DNA of 64,000 nucleotides, from NCBI GenBank assembly GCA_965218425.1, contig OZ244621.1, positions 2,464,001 to 2,528,000 on the forward strand, given 5' to 3'. Each line of letters starts with the position of its first letter. The first letter of the stretch is position 1. The position numbers and the translations under genes were made by a program. The DNA comes from an uncultured Candidatus Binatia bacterium. GTDB lineage: Bacteria > Desulfobacterota > Binatia > UBA9968 > CAXXLF01. The notes beneath the pieces are model-generated. The model was not told the DNA's origin, ran no database searches, and worked only from the letters and a program-made list of their open reading frames with translations. Below, one piece after another: positions 43,618-52,783 of the stretch.

Positions 43618-44781
43618 ATGATCCGCAATATTTATACTTTCGCCGTAGCCTTATTTGTCCTGGTGGGCTGCGCCACGGCTCCAATCACCGGAAGAAGGCA
43701 GTTGATGCTGATCTCTGAGAATACGGAGATCAGCCAGGGTGGGGAGGCCTATAAGGCGATTCTTCGCCAAAGCGTGATCTCACATAACCCTGAGGCGAAG
43801 AGAATCGTGCGCAAGGTGGGGGAGAAAATTGCGCGGGTAGCCAACAAGCCCAATTACAAATGGGAATTCACGGTGATCGATGACCCCGAGATGGCTAACG
43901 CCTTCGTGGTCCCTGGAGGAAAGGTTGCGGTGTATACGGGTATCTTTCCCGCCGCACGAGACGAGGCCGGATTGGCGGTGATCCTGGGTCATGAGGTGGC
44001 CCATGCCCTGGCCCGTCATGGGGCAGAGAGGATGAGCCGGGACCAGATCATTCAGCTCGGGGGCCTGGGGCTCGCTGCAGGTTTAGGGGGCAGTCCTCAA
44101 GTACTCCAGGCCTACGGTTTGGGCACCTCGCTTGGACTAGTTCTTCCCTTTAGCCGTTCGCAAGAACTGGAGGCGGACCGAATCGGCCTTAGGCTTATGG
44201 CGCAAGCAGGTTATGATCCTAGATCGTCACTGGATGTGTGGAAGCGCATGAAGCGCAGGGAGTCGGCCAAGGGACAAGGAGCGCCTCCAAGTTTTCTTTC
44301 AACCCACCCAGGCTATGAAAAGCGCACGCAGCAGCTGCGCGCCTGGATTCCCGAGGCCATACAGTACTATCGACCCACCAATCAAAGGGTGGAGTTGTTG
44401 CCGTCCCTCAAGGCGTTGGATTCCCCCAAAGCCAGAGCGGAGAGGGAATTGGTGAAACGAATTCAGGAAATTAATCAACTCATTGGAGACGCTCGTGGGG
44501 AGGGGGCGCTGTTTGAAACGCTGGGATACTATCTAAAAGCGAATCCTTACGCTCTCTATCAGGAAAGACAGAGGGTTCGATTGAGCTACGGTGAGTATAC
44601 AGCCTTGAGGGGTCTTTCCTCCAAGGGACGGACCTCCTTCGATCGGGTCTTGAGTCTCTATACCCGTGGTACAAATTGGACTAATATGACACAGCGCTAC
44701 AGTGTTTCCATAACCGACCTGCTCTCATTCCTTCGCCGCATATGGAGCACCACTGCCAAGGTCCGGGGGCGATTGCGCTAG
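43618..44781 (+). CDS. M48 family zinc metallopeptidase lipoprotein with C-terminal extension
   Basis: Lipobox LVGC, TGRRQL, NAF.PGGK, HEVAH, ELEAD..G, STHP. Confidence 0.9.
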   Translation: MIRNIYTFAVALFVLVGCATAPITGRRQLMLISENTEISQGGEAYKAILRQSVISHNPEAKRIVRKVGEKIARVANKPNYKWEFTVIDDPEMANAFVVPGGKVAVYTGIFPAARDEAGLAVILGHEVAHALARHGAERMSRDQIIQLGGLGLAAGLGGSPQVLQAYGLGTSLGLVLPFSRSQELEADRIGLRLMAQAGYDPRSSLDVWKRMKRRESAKGQGAPPSFLSTHPGYEKRTQQLRAWIPEAIQYYRPTNQRVELLPSLKALDSPKARAERELVKRIQEINQLIGDARGEGALFETLGYYLKANPYALYQERQRVRLSYGEYTALRGLSSKGRTSFDRVLSLYTRGTNWTNMTQRYSVSITDLLSFLRRIWSTTAKVRGRLR

Positions 44782-45087
44782 GGACTGCGACTCCATGCCC
44801 GGACGTGATCAAGTAGCTGATTTATCACGAGTTGCTGGTTCCCCGGCCTGTTGAGAAGCGTCGTTTAGCCTGATTGTACCACTGGGAATTAACGGCTGGG
44901 GAGGTCCCAGCCGCTTTATAACTCCCTTGGGTCTACGGAGAAAGAATCCTTTAAGAAATGTAGCCCAGTGGGGTGGTGTCCTTTGACAAAGGAGGCGATT
45001 CCAGTTAAACATATAAATAGATTCCTCCAGGGAGGGTAAAGATTAAAAGCACCACGCCACATTGGCAACAGGACAGAGTTAGGCAGC

Positions 45088-45118
45088 GAAATGCACCCAT
45101 ACGGGTGCATTTCTTTTT
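45088..45118 (+). terminator. Intrinsic terminator-like hairpin directly upstream of the zinc-ribbon gene
   Basis: GAAATGCACCC-ATAC-GGGTGCATTTC followed by TTTTT. Confidence 0.75.
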
Positions 45119-45139
45119 CGTGTCACAGGAGGTTTGAAG

Positions 45140-45868
45140 TTGCGTGAGCAAATAGAGGTGTTGACGTTACTACAGAATATGGACAGGCAGATCCGTGAGA
45201 AGACCATAGCCAAAGAGGAACTGCTGGCTGAGATTCATACAAGGGAAAAACGAATAGAAGCGCAAAAGGCCGATGGCGGGACACTCAGAGCCGAGTGGGA
45301 GAAAAAAGATAAGTTGCGCCGGGATAAAGAGAAAGAATTGCAGGACGAGGGCAGGAAGGCCGCGGAAAAAAGAATGAAGATGAACCAGATCAAAAACATC
45401 AAAGAGATGCAGGCTATCCAGCGGGAGATCGATCAGATCAAACAAGGCAATACTCAGTTAGAAGAGGAGCTGATATCGGTTTTGGAGGAGCTGGAAGCAC
45501 AAGGTAGTATCCTCAAAGAAAAAGAGCAGGAGCTCAAGACCATGGAAGAGGAGTGGCAAGGGAAACGCCAGGAGGTGGAAGCGCGATTGGCTGAGCTCGA
45601 CCAAGCGGTTACGGAAGCTTCCAAAACCCGTGGAGAAACAGCATCTCGGCTCAATGGGGATCTCATCGGACGCTATGAGATGATATTCGCTCGTCGCGGG
45701 GGGGTTGCAGTGGTGATGGCATCCGGTGGAATTTGTCAAGGGTGCCATATGAATATCCCGCCACAGTTGTGGAACGAGATCATCAGGAGCGATAAGCTCA
45801 TTCTTTGCCCCAGTTGCACTCGGATCCTTTACTACAATCCGCCGGTTTCCGACGACAAGCAAACCTAG
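45140..45868 (+). CDS. Coiled-coil protein with C4-type zinc ribbon (zf-RING_7/DUF164)
   Basis: Long coiled coil, CQGCHMNIPPQ...CPSCTRILY; TTG start 45140 fits RBS AGGAGG (45134 alternative). Confidence 0.9.
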   Translation: MREQIEVLTLLQNMDRQIREKTIAKEELLAEIHTREKRIEAQKADGGTLRAEWEKKDKLRRDKEKELQDEGRKAAEKRMKMNQIKNIKEMQAIQREIDQIKQGNTQLEEELISVLEELEAQGSILKEKEQELKTMEEEWQGKRQEVEARLAELDQAVTEASKTRGETASRLNGDLIGRYEMIFARRGGVAVVMASGGICQGCHMNIPPQLWNEIIRSDKLILCPSCTRILYYNPPVSDDKQT

Positions 45869-45876
45869 AGTCCAAC

Positions 45877-46299
45877 ATGGAGCACCCGGGAGAATGGTGT
45901 CTCATGGTGGATGGAGCATCGAGAGGAAACCCCGGTGAGGCAGGTTGTGGTGCGGTCATCTACGATGAGCATGGCGAGGTATTGAAGGAGTTCTCCTCCT
46001 ATCTCGGTTACTCGACAAATAACGTGGCTGAGTATCGCGGGCTTCTGATGGGCCTAGAGGGAGTGCTTAAGCTAGGTGGGAGAAAACTCCAGGTCCGCAG
46101 CGATTCGGAACTCCTGGTCCGCCAGCTCAATGGGGTTTATCGCGTCAAGGATGAAAAGCTAAAGGTCCTTTATAGGAAGGCACTGGATTTATTGGCTCGG
46201 CTCGATGCTTATCGTATCATTCATGTTCGGCGGGAATACAACAAGGATGCAGATAGGCTTGCCAACCTAGCCATCGACGAGGCGCCCCATGGTCGTTGA
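45877..46299 (+). CDS. rnhA: Ribonuclease HI family protein
   Basis: DGASRGNPG, TNNVAEY, SDSELLV.Q, HVRRE.N..AD.LAN. Confidence 0.9.
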   Translation: MEHPGEWCLMVDGASRGNPGEAGCGAVIYDEHGEVLKEFSSYLGYSTNNVAEYRGLLMGLEGVLKLGGRKLQVRSDSELLVRQLNGVYRVKDEKLKVLYRKALDLLARLDAYRIIHVRREYNKDADRLANLAIDEAPHGR

Positions 46300-46378
46300 T
46301 AAAATCACTGGTTACTTGTGAAAGCCATAAATGGCCTGTAAATGAGTAATGAATGAAGAGACCAATGAAAGAGAAGTC

Positions 46379-46842
46379 GGGCTGAAGCGGATCAAGCGGT
46401 CGCTCCCTTCCGCCGTGAACAACGGCGGCGGGGAGAGGAAAGTCCGGACTCCATAGGACAAGGTGGCTGCTAACGGCGGCCCCGAGTAATCGGGGGAAAG
46501 TGCCACAGAAAAGATACCGCCCCGTGAAAAAATAGCTCTGGAATCATATTGAAACACCAGAGACCTAAGATTTCTATTTAGGATCATTCCCCGCGCGGGC
46601 AAAACGCTATTTCATGGGGTAAGGGTGAAAAGGCGAGGTAAGAGCTCACCGGTCCACCAGCGATGGTGGATGCTGGGTAAACCCCACCTGGAGCAAGACC
46701 AAATAGGAGGGTTGGGTGGTCCGCCCGTAACCCTCGGGTAAGGTCGCTGGACCCCATGAGCAATCATGGGGCAAGAGGAATGATCGCTAAGGCCTCTTAT
46801 TAAGGGACCTCACAGAATCCGGCTTACGATCCACTTTAGCCC
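46379..46842 (+). ncRNA. rnpB: RNase P RNA, bacterial type A
   Basis: GAGGAAAGTCCGGACTCC, AGTGCCACAGAAA, GGTAAACCCC, GAGCAAGACC, ACAGAATCCGGCTTA; P1 pairing GGGCTGAAGCGGATC/GATCCACTTTAGCCC. Confidence 0.96.
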
Positions 46843-46907
46843 ATATCCTATCCTGTTCCCATCCGAACGTCAGGCCTGCGTTTTTTCTTGACTGTTCGTC
46901 CTTGTTT

Positions 46908-46964
46908 TAACTATATGTAGTGCTTTTGGGGCTCTATGATTTAGAAACCAACTATATGTTGGTG
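46908..46964. promoter_or_regulatory. Tandem NrdR-box-like sites
   Basis: TAACTATATGTAGTGC (46908-46923) and CAACTATATGTTGGTG (46949-46964), 41 bp apart, vs consensus acaCwAtATaTwGtgt. Confidence 0.55.
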
Positions 46965-47001
46965 TGGGAGGGAAAAGATTCTTTAAGCATCAATTTTTTT
47001 G

Positions 47002-47055
47002 TTGACAGAGATTTTGGAGGGGACTATAGTCGGCCACTATGTGGGATAAAGTGGG
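47002..47055 (+). promoter_or_regulatory. mraZ sigma70 promoter with MraZ-binding GTGGG repeats
   Basis: TTGACA-N17-TATAGT (47002-47030); GTGGG at 47041 and 47051 (10-nt period). Confidence 0.75.
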
Positions 47056-47076
47056 ATTAAATCCCATTAAAACCCT

Positions 47077-47535
47077 ATGCATATGTTCCGTGGCAGATAC
47101 GAACACACTATAGATACCAAGGGACGTCTTAGTGTCCCCTCCCGATTCCGTGAAGTCCTTCTCGGCAAAGGCGACGAGCGTTTGGTGATCACCAACTTCG
47201 TCATCGATTCCATGCGCTGCTTGGATGTCTACCCTTTGGACGAATGGTTGCACTTCGAAGAAGAGATAAAGAAAAAACCAAAGTTTGATCGACGCATGAT
47301 GATGTTCCAGAATTACTATCTTGCCGGTGCCTGCGAATGTGACGTCGATAAGCAGGGTCGTATTCTTATCCCGCCACTGCTGCGCCAATATGTGGGCCTC
47401 AAGCGAGACGCGGTGCTCGTGGCAGCATTGGAGAAGTTCCGTGTGTGGGACAAGGAAACGTGGAAAAAGGTCTTCTCTGAGGCCGAGGACAAGCTAATGC
47501 AAGATCCCGATTTTCTAAGTGACTTGGGGCTGTAA
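47077..47535 (+). CDS. mraZ: Division/cell wall cluster repressor MraZ
   Basis: FRGRYEHTIDTKGRLSVP, DKQGRILIP. Confidence 0.95.
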   Translation: MHMFRGRYEHTIDTKGRLSVPSRFREVLLGKGDERLVITNFVIDSMRCLDVYPLDEWLHFEEEIKKKPKFDRRMMMFQNYYLAGACECDVDKQGRILIPPLLRQYVGLKRDAVLVAALEKFRVWDKETWKKVFSEAEDKLMQDPDFLSDLGL

Positions 47536-47596
47536 TGCAAAAGGTCATTGAGGTCCACTGTCCAATAAAGGAACGGTGTGCCAGGGGAGGGACAGC

Positions 47597-47959
47597 ATGC
47601 TGGAGCGCAACGTCATTCAAGACATCTCTGTAATCGACATTAATGGCGATATCGATTTTCGAGAGATGGTACGCATCAAAGAGGTCATCGGCTCGTTGAT
47701 CGAGAGGGACAAGATAAAAGTTGTTTTGAATCTAAAGGCCGTGGATCACATCAATTATTTGAGCATTGGTGTGCTACTGGAGCGGCTGAAGATCTTAAGA
47801 AGTCTTAATGGAGATTTGAAGCTTGCAGGCATGAGTCCGTACCTGCGAACCATTTTCAGGGTTGTGGGAATGGACCAGTGCTTTGAGGAGTACACCTCCC
47901 TGGAGGAAGCCATTGAGAGTTTTGGGGACGATTGGGAAGGGAGTGGAACCTATCACTAA
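47597..47959 (+). CDS. STAS domain protein (anti-sigma factor antagonist-like)
   Basis: INGDID, VVLNLKAVDHIN, GDLKLAG, IF.VVG...F..Y.SLEEA. Confidence 0.85.
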   Translation: MLERNVIQDISVIDINGDIDFREMVRIKEVIGSLIERDKIKVVLNLKAVDHINYLSIGVLLERLKILRSLNGDLKLAGMSPYLRTIFRVVGMDQCFEEYTSLEEAIESFGDDWEGSGTYH

Positions 47960-47971
47960 GAGATGGTCTTG

Positions 47972-48922
47972 ATGACCGCTTCCCATGCACCGGTGATGGC
48001 GCCTGAGGTTTTGGAACTTCTGAATCCTGAGTCGGGTAATAGATACTTGGATGGGACCCTGGGAGGAGGCGGGCATGTGGAACAGATGCTGGAGAGGAGC
48101 AGTCCAGACGGACAAGTTCTGGGTCTAGATCTGGATGGAGACGCCATCACTGCCGCTCGGCAGAAGTTGGCCCGTTTTGGCGATCGTCTCGTGACACGAT
48201 GGGCGAATTTTACAAAGGCGGGAGAAGTTTTGGAAGAACTGAAATGGGGTAAGGTGAATGGGATTCTCCTTGACCTGGGGCTCTCATCCCTTCAGATGGA
48301 TTCCCCGGAGCGAGGTTTCGGCTTCCAGAATGACGCGCGGCTGGATATGCGCATGGATCGCCGGCAAAGCCTGGATGCCTACCAAGTCGTGAATATGTTT
48401 CCAGCGGCTCACCTCGGACGCTTGTTTCGGGATTACGGGGAGGAGCGTTGGGCGCGTCCTATTGCCATGACCATTGCCGCTGAGCGCAAGAAGACGCCCA
48501 TTGTGACGACCAAACAACTGGCAGATATCGTAGCCGCAACGGCGACGAAGAAAAAATCCGGCTCTGACCGCAGAAAAGAAAAGATCCATCCGGCCACCCG
48601 TGTCTTTCAGGCGTTGAGGATCCTAGTGAATCGTGAATTGGAGAACCTGGAGTCATTCTTGGACAACGCCTACCAATTGCTCCTCAGCCATGGTCGCATG
48701 GTTGTCATTTCATTCCATTCACTGGAGGATCGCGCAGTCAAACGGGCCTTTTTAAAGTGGAGCAGGAGTTGTCTTTGTCCTCCCAAGGCTCCCGTGTGTC
48801 GCTGCGGATGGAGCCGGAAGGCAAAGATCTTGACACGGAAGCCCTTGCTTCCTTCACCGGATGAGGTCCGAATGAATCCGCGTGCCCGCTCGGCCAAGCT
48901 TCGCGCCGTGGAGGGAATTTAA
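47972..48922 (+). CDS. rsmH: 16S rRNA m4C1402 methyltransferase
   Basis: HAPVM, DGTLGGGGH, DLGLSS.Q, LDMRMD, HPATRVFQALR, SFHSLEDR, NPRARSAKLR. Confidence 0.96.
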   Translation: MTASHAPVMAPEVLELLNPESGNRYLDGTLGGGGHVEQMLERSSPDGQVLGLDLDGDAITAARQKLARFGDRLVTRWANFTKAGEVLEELKWGKVNGILLDLGLSSLQMDSPERGFGFQNDARLDMRMDRRQSLDAYQVVNMFPAAHLGRLFRDYGEERWARPIAMTIAAERKKTPIVTTKQLADIVAATATKKKSGSDRRKEKIHPATRVFQALRILVNRELENLESFLDNAYQLLLSHGRMVVISFHSLEDRAVKRAFLKWSRSCLCPPKAPVCRCGWSRKAKILTRKPLLPSPDEVRMNPRARSAKLRAVEGI

Positions 48923-48992
48923 AGGCTGGGGGCATGACCGTAGCTTTAGGCAGAAAGAGATAAGCGGAGGGTCTCCCCCCAGAAGGCAGAAA

Positions 48993-49283
48993 ATGGGGAA
49001 GGTGGGCGAAAGGGTTTTGACGGGAAACTTGATGGCTGCGATTTTTTTGGTGGCCTGTTTGGTGAGTCTTGCCCTGGCTCATGTGTGGTCACGACTCCAG
49101 GTGGTACACCTTGGATACGTCCTGGCCACCACGAGCAAGCTGCATGGCCAACTGGAGCAGGAGAACCGCGAGCTTAAACTGGAGCTTGCGACTTTGACCT
49201 CACCGGATCGATTGCAAGCATTGGCCCGTTCACGTCTAGGTCTGAGGGAGCCAGAGCAGGGTCAGGTGGTGGTTCTCCCATGA
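48993..49283 (+). CDS. ftsL: Cell division protein FtsL
   Basis: Single TM plus coiled coil, between rsmH and ftsI; true start uncertain. Confidence 0.85.
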   Translation: MGKVGERVLTGNLMAAIFLVACLVSLALAHVWSRLQVVHLGYVLATTSKLHGQLEQENRELKLELATLTSPDRLQALARSRLGLREPEQGQVVVLP

Positions 49284-51235
49284 AAGGAAATGTTAAAGCC
49301 ATTAAGTTCAGGCTAGCCTTGGCGGGGGCGGTGTTTCTCATGATGTTCCTAGCGGTGGGGCTACGTGCGTTCCAACTTCAAATGATTCAAGGCGAGAAAC
49401 TCAAACGGCTGGGAGAAAAACAACGTCTTCAAGAATGGACCGCCCTTCCAAGGCGCGGATCGATTTTGGACCGAAACGGAGAACCTCTGGCCATTAGCCT
49501 AGAAGCTCAATCGGTCTATATCAGACCACGGCGTGTCAAGAATCCAGAGCGAACGGCTACTCAATTGGCAATGGCCCTGGGCATGAAACAAAGACAGTTA
49601 CGACAGAGGGTCAAAGCGGAAAAACCGTTTGTCTGGGTCAAGCGCCAGGCGACGCCGAAAGAGGTTCAGAGGGTTCGAGCCCTCAGGTTAGAAGGGGTGG
49701 GGATGTATTACGAACCCAAACGTTATTATCCTCATGGACGGCTTGCGGGACAGATGCTCGGATTCGTGGGAAGGGACTCCCAGGGACTTGAAGGCGTCGA
49801 GAGGTATTACGATAAATTCATTCGCGGCGAGCTCGGCTCATCAATTGTGGAGCAGGATGCGCTTGGACGCAAAGTGATGGTGCAAGGAGTGGAGAGGCTG
49901 GAGGTCCCCCCGGGGGCGGATTTCCACCTCACCCTGGACGCCTCCATTCAGAGTTTGGTGGAAAAACAATTAGAGGCCACCGTAACCAGATTTCGGGCCA
50001 AGGCAGGGACAGCGGTTCTTGTGGAACCTTCTACGGGAGCGGTCTTGGCCATGGCCAACTTTCCGTTCTTCAATCCAAATCGTATTTCCCGGTTCTCATC
50101 CCATCAGTGGCGTAATCGGTCCGTGACGGATAGTTTCGAACCAGGGTCAACTTTCAAGCCCATTGGGGCCGCCGCGGCTCTGGAAGAGGGGATAATAGGC
50201 AAGGAGGATCTTTTTGATTGTGAGTTGGGTCGATACTCCTATGGGGGGCGAATTATCAAGGATGAAAAAAAGCGCGGTTGGCTGACCCTAGACGAGATCA
50301 TCAAGTACTCCAGCAATATCGGGGTCACCAAGATCGTGCATAAGCTTAATAAGGATAGATATTATAAATACATTCGAAAGTTTGGGTTTGGCCAGCCCAC
50401 GGGCATCGATTTACCCGGAGAGGCCAAGGGACTGGTCCGGTCCCCTTCTCGGTGGAGCCGCGTGGATCTTGCGACCCACGCTTTTGGGCAGGGTATTGCA
50501 GTGACTCCCATACAGATGGTGATGGCCTATGCTGCCATCGCCAATGATGGTTTACTCATGCGACCTTATGTGGTGCGTCGGGTGGTGGACTCTGATGGGA
50601 AGGTTCTAGTGGAACATAAATCCCATGTGGTGCGTCGTGTCGTCACTCAGAAGACGGCACGCGAATTAACGTCTATTTTGCAGGGTGTGGTTAGTGATGG
50701 CGGGACCGGTGCCAGGGCGGGAATTGAAGGGTTTCATGTGGCAGGGAAAACCGGTACGGCACAGAAGCCGGATTTGATCAACGGAGGGTATTTACCCGAG
50801 AAGAGAATTGCATCCTTTGTGGGGTTTGTCCCTGCGGAGGATCCCCGGATGGTCCTGTTAGTATTGTTGGATGAACCCCAGGTGAGTGTCTATGGTGGTG
50901 TGGTGGCTGCTCCTTTGTTTCGTCATATTGCCCGTGGAACTTTGCGGCACCTTGGGGTCGTGCCGCAACGGCGAGTCACCATGACACTGCCCGCAACGGG
51001 CGGGCCGAAAATGGTTCAAGTGAAACACGAGACTCTGGCGGTGCCCAGGAGAAGGAGAGCCTTTGGGTTTCCGAATTTCCAGGGCTTGAGCATGCGCGAA
51101 GCGGTGACCCGGGCTAGCGTGCTAAAGCTTCAGGTTAGGCTTCATGGGCACGGTTACGTGGTGGGACAGTCACCTGCCCCTGGTTTAGGTTGGCGTCATG
51201 GCAATACCCTGACCCTGACTCTAAGGGATCGCTGA
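49280..51235 (+). CDS. ftsI: Peptidoglycan D,D-transpeptidase FtsI (PBP3) with PASTA domain
   Basis: RGSILDRNG, EPGSTFK, SSN, KTGTAQK. Confidence 0.95.
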   Translation: MKGNVKAIKFRLALAGAVFLMMFLAVGLRAFQLQMIQGEKLKRLGEKQRLQEWTALPRRGSILDRNGEPLAISLEAQSVYIRPRRVKNPERTATQLAMALGMKQRQLRQRVKAEKPFVWVKRQATPKEVQRVRALRLEGVGMYYEPKRYYPHGRLAGQMLGFVGRDSQGLEGVERYYDKFIRGELGSSIVEQDALGRKVMVQGVERLEVPPGADFHLTLDASIQSLVEKQLEATVTRFRAKAGTAVLVEPSTGAVLAMANFPFFNPNRISRFSSHQWRNRSVTDSFEPGSTFKPIGAAAALEEGIIGKEDLFDCELGRYSYGGRIIKDEKKRGWLTLDEIIKYSSNIGVTKIVHKLNKDRYYKYIRKFGFGQPTGIDLPGEAKGLVRSPSRWSRVDLATHAFGQGIAVTPIQMVMAYAAIANDGLLMRPYVVRRVVDSDGKVLVEHKSHVVRRVVTQKTARELTSILQGVVSDGGTGARAGIEGFHVAGKTGTAQKPDLINGGYLPEKRIASFVGFVPAEDPRMVLLVLLDEPQVSVYGGVVAAPLFRHIARGTLRHLGVVPQRRVTMTLPATGGPKMVQVKHETLAVPRRRRAFGFPNFQGLSMREAVTRASVLKLQVRLHGHGYVVGQSPAPGLGWRHGNTLTLTLRDR

Positions 51236-51237
51236 GA

Positions 51238-52773
51238 ATGCGGCTTAAGAATCTTATTGAAACGGGTGAGGTACAAGAGGTCCAGGGGAAGGTGGCCCAA
51301 ACCGTAGGTGGGCTAGCGTATGATTCTAGAAAAGTGAGACAAGGGGACGTGTTCTTCGCCGTTCCCGGTATATATGCCGATGGACATGATTTTGTAAACC
51401 AGGCGGTGGAGCAGGGGGCTGTGGCCGTGGTGGCGGAACGCGGGGTGCCTGTTCCACCGGAAGTAACCTGGATTCGAGTACAAAATGTGAGGCGGACCAT
51501 GGGCCAGTGGGCCGGTGTCTTTTATGACCATCCCAGCCGCAGCATGGTTTTGGTGGGTGTGACAGGAACCAATGGTAAAACAACAGTCACTTATCTCCTC
51601 GAGTCAATCTTTGGGGCCGCAGGGATACCATGTGGCGTCATCGGTACCATAAATTATCGATTTCACAATCAGACCTTTCCGGCCCCCCATACAACGCCAG
51701 AATCCGTGGACCTGCAAAGGTTACTCGCGGAAATGGCACAAGCCGGCGTTCAGTCCATGGGAATGGAAGTATCGTCGCATGCCTTAGACATGGAACGGGT
51801 GAGGGGCATTGATTTTGACGGCGCGCTCTTTACGAATCTCTCCCATGACCATCTCGATTACCACGGAGACATGGATCGATATTTTATTTCCAAGAGCAGG
51901 CTTTTTACGGATTATCTGACCGAGAGTTGGAAGGCAAAAAAATTTGCCGTGATTCATGGTGCGGACCCGCGTGGCCCAGAGATTTTGGAAAAGGTGTGCG
52001 GCAGTGGAATTGACGTGGTGAGCTATGGGTGTAGCAAGGAATGGGATGTCCATCCCGTAGAACTCAAGAACGACTTAAATGGCATTAGGGGAAGAATTCG
52101 AGTCAAGGGTCAAGAGCTGGATTTTTCCACGAGTCTCGTTGGCACGCCCAATCTGGAAAACATTCTGGGAGCGGTGGGAGTCGGAATGGCCTTGGACCTA
52201 CCCATGGACATGATTGCAGAGGGTATTGCCAGGCTGGACTCGGTTCCCGGGAGGTTGGAGCGAATTAGCAATGCTCTAGGCATTACGGTGTTGGTGGACT
52301 ATGCCCATACCCCTGATGCTCTGGAGAAAGTGCTCCAGGCCCTAGGCCCCATGAGTGGGGGGCGTCTCATCACCCTCTTTGGTTGTGGCGGTGATCGAGA
52401 TCGAGGGAAAAGGCCGGTGATGGGTGAAATTGCCGCCCGAAACAGCGATCTCGTGGTGCTGACATCTGACAATCCTCGGACGGAAGATCCCCTACAAATT
52501 CTGGAGGAAGTAGAGGAGGGAATCCAAAGGGCCGGACTCCAGAGACATTCGGGTTCAGCCTCTTCCATACCTGACTTGGACCAGGAGAAAGGCTACTGGG
52601 TTGAACCCGATCGTCGCGCCGCCATTGGGTTGGCGCTTTCCCTAGCGCACATGGGTGACTTGATCATCATCGCGGGGAAAGGCCATGAAGACTACCAGAT
52701 TCTGGGCACGAGGCGAGTTCGCTTTGACGACAGAGAGGTGGTCCGAGAAGAGTTAACACGATTAACGGCCTGA
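51238..52773 (+). CDS. murE: UDP-MurNAc-tripeptide synthetase (meso-DAP type)
   Basis: GTNGKTT, EVSSH, DYAHTPD, DNPR, AGKGHE. Confidence 0.96.
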   Translation: MRLKNLIETGEVQEVQGKVAQTVGGLAYDSRKVRQGDVFFAVPGIYADGHDFVNQAVEQGAVAVVAERGVPVPPEVTWIRVQNVRRTMGQWAGVFYDHPSRSMVLVGVTGTNGKTTVTYLLESIFGAAGIPCGVIGTINYRFHNQTFPAPHTTPESVDLQRLLAEMAQAGVQSMGMEVSSHALDMERVRGIDFDGALFTNLSHDHLDYHGDMDRYFISKSRLFTDYLTESWKAKKFAVIHGADPRGPEILEKVCGSGIDVVSYGCSKEWDVHPVELKNDLNGIRGRIRVKGQELDFSTSLVGTPNLENILGAVGVGMALDLPMDMIAEGIARLDSVPGRLERISNALGITVLVDYAHTPDALEKVLQALGPMSGGRLITLFGCGGDRDRGKRPVMGEIAARNSDLVVLTSDNPRTEDPLQILEEVEEGIQRAGLQRHSGSASSIPDLDQEKGYWVEPDRRAAIGLALSLAHMGDLIIIAGKGHEDYQILGTRRVRFDDREVVREELTRLTA

Positions 52774-52783
52774 ACGGTTTTTC

